The notes beneath the pieces are model-generated. The model saw nothing but the letters and a program-made list of their open reading frames with translations. It was not told where the DNA came from and ran no database searches. Below, in pieces: positions 56,785 through 64,000 of a stretch of DNA of 64,000 nt. Every line of letters begins with the position of its first letter. The stretch's first letter is position 1. Source of the stretch: Chloroflexota bacterium (GTDB lineage Bacteria > Chloroflexota > Limnocylindria > Limnocylindrales > CSP1-4); NCBI GenBank assembly GCA_003171065.1, contig PMXQ01000080.1:7948-71947 (forward strand). Reading direction: 5' to 3'. The translations under genes and the position numbers were made by a program.

Positions 56785-57573
56785 TCAAGTCTCGGGCGGC
56801 CCCGGACGATCCGCTCGGGTCCTCACCGCCTTGTCGGCCCAGGCCGCGAGGACTCGGTCCTTGTGCGGGCGGATGGGACAATGCTCGTCCCGGTTGGCGG
56901 CCTCGTCGCAGTAGCCCAGGGGCACGCACTTGGGGGCGAGGAAGCTGCCGAGGAACGGGCTGACGGCGAAAACCTCGTGGCGAACGAGCTGGAAGAGCCT
57001 CCGGATCTCCCACTGGGCCATCGTGCACAGCCGCAGGCCTGACATGTATATGAGGGCGCGCAGATTCGCCGTCATGACCAGGTTCGTGCGCGTGGCGTTG
57101 GGGAAAACGAAGCGGGCGTCCTCGCCGGGAATGCCGGCCTCGACGAGCTCCGAGTACAGCTCCAGCGCCCCTTCGACCTGTTCCTCGTACTGGTGCCTCA
57201 GCTCCGGATCGGCCTCGGCAATGGTCGCCGGCAGCATCGTGGACACGCCCTTCTTGTACGAGACGTACCGCTGGCTCTGCTGGTCGAAGGCGACGCCGGC
57301 TCTGTGTCGGACGAGCTGGTGGCTGAGGGTCCGACTGACGCCGGTGATCGCGAAGGTGAAGACGACATGCTCGATGGTCGAGCCGTGCCCGGACTCGATC
57401 ACCCGGGCGATCAGCTCACGTTGCTTCTCTAGGGCGATTCGACCGTCGACCGCGCGCTCGAAGATGTCGTCCGGAGCCAGCTCCGAGTAGCAGGTCCGGC
57501 ACGCCGTGTAGATGAGCGGCACGTAGTAGCGCTCGACGATCTCGCGGTTGGGGAAGATGAGCGTGGCCCTCAT
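56785..57573 (-). CDS. thyX: FAD-dependent thymidylate synthase
   Basis: ThyX signature LVRHRAGVAFDQQSQRYV (RHRxxSxxxxSQRY). The start is set at ATG 57573 (MRATLIFPN); the upstream ORF-track extension is not protein-like. Confidence 0.9.
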   Translation of the reverse strand: MRATLIFPNREIVERYYVPLIYTACRTCYSELAPDDIFERAVDGRIALEKQRELIARVIESGHGSTIEHVVFTFAITGVSRTLSHQLVRHRAGVAFDQQSQRYVSYKKGVSTMLPATIAEADPELRHQYEEQVEGALELYSELVEAGIPGEDARFVFPNATRTNLVMTANLRALIYMSGLRLCTMAQWEIRRLFQLVRHEVFAVSPFLGSFLAPKCVPLGYCDEAANRDEHCPIRPHKDRVLAAWADKAVRTRADRPGPPET

Positions 57574-57830
57574 GCCCAGGTCGTGGCGACCCGGGTTGCG
57601 CGGGATCGCGGACCCGGCTGTGCTGGAGGGAGCGCCGGGGGAACCTGCGGCGCCGGGATCGACGGTCACCGCCTCAGGATAGCGACTCCGATCGGCTCGT
57701 GACGGCCGCTGCCCAGGGTTGCCCGCATGCTGCGACGGACCCTCTGGCGTGTCTCGTATGTAGTCGCTTCCGGCTATCAGGAGCAGACATAGCCGTTGAC
57801 GACTATCAACGGCCCCGTTAGCCTGATCGC

Positions 57831-58493
57831 GTGGACGAGATGCAGGGACTGGTTCTGTTCGGCGACGTTGTCGGGTCGCGGCGCGACTCATCCGCGGCCG
57901 CCGAGTGGCTGCGCCACCTCGTCGAGGAGCTGGACCAGGCTTATGGCGAGCAGCGGCTGGCCCCGTTCGGGTTCACCCAGGGCGATGAGCTGCAGGGGCT
58001 TCTGGTCGCCGACGCCGATCCGTTGGTGGCGGTGCTGCACGCGGACTTGAGCCCCGCGGCGCGGCCGATTCGCTGGGTGTGCGTGAAGGGCGGAGTGGAT
58101 ACAGGAGAAGGGCCGGCCACGCAGCGTACGGGCCAGGCCTTCCTGGCCGCGCGGGACGCGATCGAGGCGGCCCGAGCGGGGCACGATCGCCTGGTCATCC
58201 GGACCGGCCAGCCGGAGGCAGACGAGCTTCTGGCCGGCATGACGCCGGCCCTGGCCGACATGCTCGAGGGTTTAACGCCGCGCCAGCGCGCCGTCGGTCG
58301 CATGGCGTTGATCGAAGGCCTGCGCCAGTCGGAAGTCGCCGACAGGCTGGGCGTGCGGCGGGCAACGATCTCGGTTTCGTTCGGGCGGGCGAAGGTCCAG
58401 ACTTTGCAGCGGCTCGTGGCCGCGATCCGCAAGGTCTATTCAAGCGCTGGCACGCCATCCGACTCTGGCGAAGGTCCTGGCCATCTCCCATGA
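57831..58493 (+). CDS. SatD-like protein (nucleotidyl-cyclase-like N-domain plus sigma-region-4-like HTH)
   Basis: LVLFGDVVGSRRDS...GFTQGDELQGLL in the N-domain and LTPRQRAVGRMALIEGLRQSEVADRLGVRRATISVSFGRAK as the C-terminal HTH. The family is assigned from memory of the architecture. Confidence 0.5.
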   Translation: MDEMQGLVLFGDVVGSRRDSSAAAEWLRHLVEELDQAYGEQRLAPFGFTQGDELQGLLVADADPLVAVLHADLSPAARPIRWVCVKGGVDTGEGPATQRTGQAFLAARDAIEAARAGHDRLVIRTGQPEADELLAGMTPALADMLEGLTPRQRAVGRMALIEGLRQSEVADRLGVRRATISVSFGRAKVQTLQRLVAAIRKVYSSAGTPSDSGEGPGHLP

Positions 58494-59004
58494 CGGACCA
58501 CGGGCTTGTCTGGGCGCCTGTTGCCTCGTAGTAGCGGGCCACCGACCTTGCCGTGCGGCATCTGCTCTATCCGTGGCTGTACAGGCGCTCGAGTTCAAGT
58601 GCCTTGCTGAAGCGGACGCCGCGTCCGTTGCTCCTTCCGGTGTCGGCGGCGATTGCGGGCATGGGCGTGGCGGCATTGTTCGTCCCGCCTGCGTGGTCCA
58701 TCGTGTATGGAGCAGCAATCGGTCTCTGTCATGTTGCCGCGGGAGCGGTTGCGTTCGCTGTGAGACCCAGGGCCAGCCCTGTGGCCGTCAATCAGGCCGA
58801 ATAGTCGCCCTGATTTGGGGTCGCTGCCGCGACAGATCCGGTCTTGAGTGCCGCCGGCGTTCTGATGCTGGCCCGATTCATATCTGGCCCAGGTCGGGCG
58901 CTGGCGATTTGGCATCCTGGATAGCCGGTCCACGGCGTGGGCAGTTCGACGGCGATGCGTGTAGGCTGACCGGCTGCAACATGGTTACGCCAGGAGGAAT
59001 CGAG

Positions 59005-59376
59005 ATGGCCGACGACGCCGGCAGGCCGGTCACGGTCCAATACTTCTACAAGGTTCGATGGGGCTTCCAGGACGAGTTCGTCGAGCTGTTCGAGCGGAAC
59101 CACTGGCCGTTGCTCCGCGCCCAGCTGGAGTCGGGCCGGCTGCTCGACGTGCGCGCCTACGAGCCCCGCTTCCACGGCGACGGTCGCCAGGACTGGACCT
59201 TCGAAGTCACGATCACCTACCGCGACTGGGCCTCGATGGAAGAGCACACCGACCCGGCGATCGTCGCCCGTCTCTACCCCGACGCCGAGAAGCTTGCGCG
59301 CGAAGAGCAGCGCCGCTTCGAGTTGATCGAGGCCCACTGGGACACGCCCCTCGAAGAGCACGCGCTGCCGCGGTAG
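59005..59376 (+). CDS. Hypothetical small protein (123 aa), possibly an alpha+beta barrel fold
   Basis: AGGAGG lies 8 nt upstream of ATG 59005. Protein-like sequence VQYFYKVRWGFQDEFVELFERNHWPLLRAQLESGRLLDVRAYEP. The ORF-track start at 58573 adds implausible sequence. Confidence 0.55.
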   Translation: MADDAGRPVTVQYFYKVRWGFQDEFVELFERNHWPLLRAQLESGRLLDVRAYEPRFHGDGRQDWTFEVTITYRDWASMEEHTDPAIVARLYPDAEKLAREEQRRFELIEAHWDTPLEEHALPR

Positions 59377-59662
59377 ACGCAGTCGCTGGCTGGAGCGCCG
59401 CGTTCGGGTCTGGCGCGAGTGCCGAGGCCGCATCTGGTCCAACTTGCACCGGGTGGAAGTTGGGCGAGACAGGGCTCGAGAATCGGCGGCGAAGCCGCCC
59501 TCTGACCGTCGGATGGCACATGGCCGAGCGTGGATTTCGTGGCCTGGCGTTCTCGGGCCGTGTCGTCGACCAGGTCGAGTCACCCAATTCCCATGGGGCG
59601 CAAGTTGGACAGGATGCCGCGGCACCGCGGCTCCGCGGCGCTGTCATGGCCGGGATTCCGAC

Positions 59663-60649
59663 TCAGGCCGGTTCGGCGGCGGTGGCCTCCAGCGACTCGA
59701 TCGTCTGGCGCAGCACCTCGGCCGACTTGCGGACGCCGCGGGCTTCGCGCGGGCTCAGGTCCAGGCGCAGCACCCGCTCGATGCCGCGCCGGCTGATGAC
59801 CGTGGGCAGGCTCAGGCAGACGTTGTCGATGCCGTAGTAGTCCGTGACCAGGCTTGAGATCGACAGCACCGTGTTCTGGTCGCGCAGGATCGCCTCGGTG
59901 ATGCGCATCAGCCCGGCGGCCACGGCGTAGTAGCTGGCGCCCTTGCGGCTGATGATCTCGTACGCGGCGTCGCGGGTCTGGCGGAAGATCCGCTCCATCG
60001 TGTCGGGGCTGAGCGGGATGCCATTCTCCGCGCAGAAGCTCGGCAGGCGCATGCCGGCCACGTTGGCGAGCGACCAGACGGGCACCTCGCTGTCGCCATG
60101 CTCGCCGATGATGTAGGCGTGGACGCTGCGTGGGTCGACGCCCAGATGCTCGCTCAGCATGTAGCGGAATCGGGCCGTGTCCAGGATCGTGCCCGACCCG
60201 AAGACGCGGTGCGCCGGGAGCCCGGCCAGGTTGAGCGTCACGTAGGTCAGGACGTCGACCGGGTTGGTGGCGACGACGACGATCCCCTCCGGGTTGGCCT
60301 CGGCCACCTGCGGCACGATCTGGCCGAAGATCGCGGCGTTGCGCTTGACCAGTTCGAGACGAGTCTCGCCCGGGCGCTGGCCCACGCCCGCGGCGATGAC
60401 GGTGATCGCCGCGCCCTCGCAGTCGGCGTATTCGCCGGCACAGATCTTTGTCGGATGCGCGAAGGGGACGGCGTGGTTAAGGTCCATCGCCTCACCCTCC
60501 GCCCGTTCGTGGTTGACGTCGATGAGGACGATCTCCGAGGCGATGCCTGACAGAAGCAGCGTGTAGGCGAAAGTCGAGCCGACCATGCCCACGCCGACGA
60601 TGGCGATCTTGGTGGGGCGGCCGGTCTGGTAGTCCGGCTCGCGGGCCAT
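59663..60649 (-). CDS. ldh: L-lactate dehydrogenase
   Basis: KIAIVGVGMVGSTFAYTLL, the substrate loop AGVGQRPGETRLEL (Gln rather than Arg, so LDH not MDH) and IIGEHGDSEVPVWS. The start is at ATG 60649, with 60748 as an alternative. Confidence 0.9.
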   Translation of the reverse strand: MAREPDYQTGRPTKIAIVGVGMVGSTFAYTLLLSGIASEIVLIDVNHERAEGEAMDLNHAVPFAHPTKICAGEYADCEGAAITVIAAGVGQRPGETRLELVKRNAAIFGQIVPQVAEANPEGIVVVATNPVDVLTYVTLNLAGLPAHRVFGSGTILDTARFRYMLSEHLGVDPRSVHAYIIGEHGDSEVPVWSLANVAGMRLPSFCAENGIPLSPDTMERIFRQTRDAAYEIISRKGASYYAVAAGLMRITEAILRDQNTVLSISSLVTDYYGIDNVCLSLPTVISRRGIERVLRLDLSPREARGVRKSAEVLRQTIESLEATAAEPA

Positions 60650-61025
60650 CGAGGGCTCGCCCGTGGGTCGGTGCCGGCGCGAGGGTCGGTCGGCGGGAGC
60701 CGGGGCCTCAGCCGGCTTGGTGGTGGCTTGATCGACAGGCTCGGTCATGACGTCATCGTGACACGGCCGGGCGGACACGGCGCACCGAGATTCGAGCGCG
60801 GTCGCGGCGCGCGACTGCACAGCCGATTCGACTGTGGTGGTCGGCGCTACTCCTCTCGCCCCGACCGCAGGTTCGGCGCGGGGCGGCTCCCAGACGCGCA
60901 CCACCGCAACTTGCGTATTGACAGCGCATCCACACCGTATCGACCGCGCAACGGACGGCGGCTATCCTGCCGGCGGGTAGCGAGAAGGGGCCCGATGGGG
61001 TCGGCGCTACCAGCAAGGAGGCACC

Positions 61026-62036
61026 ATGCGGTCGCTTATGCGTGTGTTCGCGCGCTCCGAGGGGAGCGGAAGTCGAGGAGGAAGGAAGGGGGGAAGGTTG
61101 CTCAGGTCGCTGGGTGCCGCAGCGGCGGCTACAGTTCTCGCCGCCCTGGTCGCGTCTCCGGCGTTGGCCGCAGACGGGACGGCGGCCAACGAGTCTGCGT
61201 TCACGACCGGGGTCGTGACCGTATCCGGGGGCGGGGCCATCCCGGCAAACGTTCCCGTCGCCTACATTCAGCTCAAGCAGAGCCAGCTGGCGGCCCTCGC
61301 GAGCGGTACCCTGACGCCCCAGTCGATCATCCGCTCGGCGAAGCTCGGCTCGGGCTCGACGCTTCAGTTCTCGGCCAACGCGGTTTCGCCGATGTCCAAC
61401 CTGAGCTCGATCACGATCAACTTCCCGGGCTTCCACCAGATGACCACGTGGTACTGCGTGGTCGCCTTCGTCCAGTCAGTCCTCTTCTGGGACGTCAGCC
61501 CCTCGTACCGGTACTACGGCGGGGCGTCCACCCTCACCCAAGGGCAGAACAACCTGTACAACGGGCCACTCAAGGGCACGAAAAAGGACGGAGTAAAGGA
61601 CCCCGTCGCCCTTTCGTGGATCGATGGCCAGTTCTCCAGCAACGGCTACGCGTTCTTCTATCTGGGAGCATGGCCGAGCAACGCGGCGGGGTTCATGAAC
61701 ATGATCCGTCTGGACACGAACGACTATTACGAGGCCAACTACGTGCGGATCGATCTCACAACGTACGACTACGCGTGGGGTCAGGGCAAGAACCCCGACG
61801 GAAGCCACCCGCTTCACGCCACGGGGGGAGTCGGCTACGACGACTCGGCGGGAACCGTGACAAGCTACGACCCGTTCTCCTACAGCCCAGCCGAGAAAGG
61901 ATTGCCCGGCACCGCCTGCACGTCCAACTGGTTCACGAGCAGCTACGAGTGGGGCTGCAACTGGACGCTCAGCCAGGACAGATACTACCTGGCGATGGAC
62001 AAGCAGACCAGCGGCGACGACCCGATGTGGTACTGA
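61026..62036 (+). CDS. Secreted papain-like (C39-like) cysteine peptidase family protein, second copy
   Basis: Signal peptide RLLRSLGAAAAATVLAALVASPALAADG. Candidate Cys in TTWYCVVAFVQSVL and His in LHATGGVGYDDSAGTVTSYDP. Confidence 0.5.
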   Translation: MRSLMRVFARSEGSGSRGGRKGGRLLRSLGAAAAATVLAALVASPALAADGTAANESAFTTGVVTVSGGGAIPANVPVAYIQLKQSQLAALASGTLTPQSIIRSAKLGSGSTLQFSANAVSPMSNLSSITINFPGFHQMTTWYCVVAFVQSVLFWDVSPSYRYYGGASTLTQGQNNLYNGPLKGTKKDGVKDPVALSWIDGQFSSNGYAFFYLGAWPSNAAGFMNMIRLDTNDYYEANYVRIDLTTYDYAWGQGKNPDGSHPLHATGGVGYDDSAGTVTSYDPFSYSPAEKGLPGTACTSNWFTSSYEWGCNWTLSQDRYYLAMDKQTSGDDPMWY

Positions 62037-63358
62037 TGGCCGTCAGACCTGCCCCGATGTCGGTGGCGCGCAGCCTTGCCGCCACTGCGTTGGTCGTGTT
62101 GGTTTGGGCCTGCTCCCCCGGGGTCACCCCGACCCCGGGGGGGAGCGGGCTCCCGCGCGCATCGGCGAGCTCGGTGACCGCGGGCACGTCCGCTGCGAGT
62201 TCCCCGTCGCCGACCGGCCTACGCTGCGGCGACTCGCGCGGCAGCCTCGCGGCGCCGACTTACGCGTTCCTCCGAGTCTCCATCCCCGCTGGCTCGGACT
62301 CGTGCCAGGATATTGGGCCCCTGGCCAGCCCGCAGTTCCTGTCGATCACGAACGACGGGCCTAACGTGGCGTTCAACGCCCGGGATGCCGGGGACAGCGG
62401 CAACCTCTGGTACGGCGATCTCCGGACCGGGTCGGTCAAAGTCGTCTACAAGGCGACCGAGGCGAAGGGGGCGGTGACCGACATATGGACGCCGCAGCTC
62501 GCTGCCGGAAAGCTGCTCTGGATCGAGGACGTGCACGATGGGGACAGCACGAGCGATCCCGTGAAGGCCTGGTCTCTCAAGACCATGGACATCGCATCCG
62601 GCACCGTTACCGAACTCGCGCACGACGACATGCCGAAGTACGGCGGCCGGATGTACGCCGACAGCATCAAGTTCGACGGCAAACGGATCGCTGTTCTAGA
62701 GGCCCTGGCCGACGGCACGTGGCGCATCGAGGTCAGAGACCTCTCGGGCACGGTGCAGGGTTACGCCGCGGTCCCCGGGGACCCGTACGACTTCGCCCTG
62801 ACCTCCGACGGGCTGCTCTTCACGTCGGGCACGCAGGATCCGGTCAGCGGCGCGGTCGGCCACATGCACCTCTGGCGCTGGACGGTCGGCTCGGGAACCA
62901 AGGCCATCGGCACCGACTCCTACCAGGTCAACTCGGACGGTGGACTCGCAGCCTGGGTGCTCGACCCGGACGCGAGCAAGAACGTGAACGGCTGGTTCCG
63001 CGACCAGCGGCTGTACGCCGCTGCGAGCCCCTTCACTGCGCCGAAGGCCATCAGCCCCGTCCTATCCGCAACTGGAACGATGGGCTTGGACGGCATGGCC
63101 GTCGGCTCGGGAACCGTGGCCTGGTGGGAACGCGAGAGCTACGTCGACCAGGCCTGGCTCGACGTGCTCACGCTCTGGCAGCCCGGTTGGTCCAGCCCCA
63201 TCCAGGTGGACACCGGGGGCAGTTCGAGCTACTTCGTCTCGGCAAACGCCGGCTGGCTGGTCTGGACCGAGGAGGACGGGCGCGGCTCGGCCGACCAAAA
63301 GGAGCGGGTGAGGGGCATCCCGCTGTCCGTTCTGGCCTCCGAGCGAGGGCAGACCTGA
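62036..63358 (+). CDS. Putative lipoprotein with beta-propeller-like repeats
   Basis: The start overlaps the upstream stop (TGATG). Signal with a lipobox-like LVVLVWAC. The motif xDGxxxAW/F recurs about every 45 aa (NDGPNVAFN, AAGKLLWIE, FDGKRIAVL, TSDGLLFTS, NSDGGLAAW, GSGTVAWWE, NAGWLVWTE). Confidence 0.6.
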   Translation: MAVRPAPMSVARSLAATALVVLVWACSPGVTPTPGGSGLPRASASSVTAGTSAASSPSPTGLRCGDSRGSLAAPTYAFLRVSIPAGSDSCQDIGPLASPQFLSITNDGPNVAFNARDAGDSGNLWYGDLRTGSVKVVYKATEAKGAVTDIWTPQLAAGKLLWIEDVHDGDSTSDPVKAWSLKTMDIASGTVTELAHDDMPKYGGRMYADSIKFDGKRIAVLEALADGTWRIEVRDLSGTVQGYAAVPGDPYDFALTSDGLLFTSGTQDPVSGAVGHMHLWRWTVGSGTKAIGTDSYQVNSDGGLAAWVLDPDASKNVNGWFRDQRLYAAASPFTAPKAISPVLSATGTMGLDGMAVGSGTVAWWERESYVDQAWLDVLTLWQPGWSSPIQVDTGGSSSYFVSANAGWLVWTEEDGRGSADQKERVRGIPLSVLASERGQT

Positions 63359-63683
63359 GGTAGGTCCGCCTGCCGGAAGCCTCGGAGCCCGCCCGCGCTC
63401 GGCGAATGACCGGATCCGCTGGCTCTGCTCATCGGTTACCGGAACCGGCCGATCGCGACCCTCGCCCATGAGACTCCAGGTGTCCCGGGAGACTGCTCGT
63501 CGGTCAGAGCGCCATCGTTCGCGGCCCTGGCGAGTCGCTTGCTTCTCGCTCAAGTCCTCTAGCCCCGACCCACAAGGACCTCGTTCCGGCGCGGTCTATG
63601 ACTCGGCGAGACTGAGTATGGAATACGTGGTCCGCCGGAGGCACCCTTTTGGTCCGCCCCAGGCTCGGCCTTCTAAGCTGAAT

Positions 63684-63713
63684 GTCGCGGTTCGAGACCC
63701 GTCTCCCGCTCCA
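63684..63713 (+). other. tRNA-Gly 3'-end fragment (T-arm, acceptor strand, discriminator U and CCA), a possible att-site remnant
   Basis: GTCGCGGTTCGAGACCCGTCTCCCGCTCCA, compared with the E. coli tRNA-Gly(GCC) 3' end GUCGCGAGUUCGAGUCUCGUUUCCCGCUCCA as I recall it. The 5' T-stem strand is one nt short, and no D or anticodon arm or 5' acceptor strand lies upstream. Confidence 0.5.
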
Positions 63714-63739
63714 AGTCTTGCCGTCCACGAGGGGAGCGA

Positions 63740-64000
63740 CTATGGCCACGGATCCGGCCGTCGACCCTTGCGGGAGATCCGTCCCGAGACGCGAGCTTTC
63801 GTAGGCCGAAGCGGGAAATGCTTGATCCTGCCGTCTAGTTCGGTGGCCGAAACGTATAGTGCCTCGCCCATAGCTTCCGTCAACTTCCCAGCGGCCACGA
63901 CTGCCCAGAGGCGGTCCGCGGTTATCTCGCGGCACATGACGAGCGATAGCGTCATCAATTGCATCAGGTGCGCCGTTACGCTCGCCGGTTCCACGAAGCC
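63740..64000 (-). CDS. Partial ORF open at the window end, possibly the C-terminus of a degenerate tyrosine recombinase (very tentative)
   Basis: ...VTAHLMQLMTLSLVMCREITADRLWAVVAAGKLTEAMGEAL loosely resembles the ...GHxxxxxTxxxYxHV... C-terminal box, but with no Tyr at the expected place. Local G+C is visibly lower. Confidence 0.25.
   Translation of the reverse strand, partial: GFVEPASVTAHLMQLMTLSLVMCREITADRLWAVVAAGKLTEAMGEALYVSATELDGRIKHFPLRPTKARVSGRISRKGRRPDPWP

Noticed and set aside
58553-58804. 83-aa ORF as an independent small membrane-protein gene
   Set aside because: It has no RBS and an odd basic, Ser-rich N-terminus, and it could be a remnant of a larger gene. There is not enough support to list it as a feature.
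60671-63358. 895-aa plus-strand ORF
   Set aside because: It is a composite. The first ~450 aa are an out-of-frame or antisense read-through of the ldh upstream region and the 61026-62036 gene. Only the part from ATG 62036 looks like a real protein (signal peptide plus repeats).
63487-63713. Full-length tRNA, or a tmRNA-like gene, bounded by CGGGAGA (63487) and TCTCCCGCTCCA (63713)
   Set aside because: The 5' match is about 220 nt away, too long for a tRNA and too short for a tmRNA. No D-arm, anticodon arm or tag-like reading frame could be folded by eye. Only the 3' ~30 nt resemble tRNA-Gly.

Overview
High-GC window (roughly two-thirds G+C by eye), probably Actinomycetota- or Chloroflexota-like, though that placement is a guess. 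It is densely coding, with many antisense shadow ORFs that I discarded. Positions 1-30.4 kb form one large surface-glycan biosynthesis locus. It contains gmd/rmd, two UDP-sugar dehydrogenases, four further SDR enzymes, a sugar-1-P nucleotidyltransferase and about seven GT4-type glycosyltransferases. It also has two Wzx-like flippases, a Wzy/O-antigen-ligase-like protein, two GT-C-like membrane proteins, an OafA-like acyltransferase, and both a WbaP-type and a WecA-type initiating transferase. Positions 30.4-64 kb are mixed housekeeping and accessory genes. These include a candidate M-box leader, a soluble MgtE-N/CBS protein and an Nramp-related (NRMT-type) transporter. They also include a GAF-GGDEF cyclase, PolX, a 966-aa orphan protein, DUF885, and an ECF sigma / anti-sigma / secreted papain-like peptidase module. 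Further genes are an ankyrin protein coupled to a class V aminotransferase, IclR, MscS, a ParA/MinD-like ATPase, thyX, ldh, and a second peptidase with a beta-propeller lipoprotein. The most unusual part is the ParA/MinD-like ATPase with a pseudo-receiver domain. It lies downstream of two tandemly duplicated coiled-coil genes, each preceded by the same ~70-nt noncoding two-hairpin element. Several short tandem repeats are present, three of them inside coding regions. A tRNA-Gly 3'-end fragment lies near the window end. No rRNA, intact tRNA or CRISPR array was seen. All family calls come from motif recognition by eye, since no searches were run.
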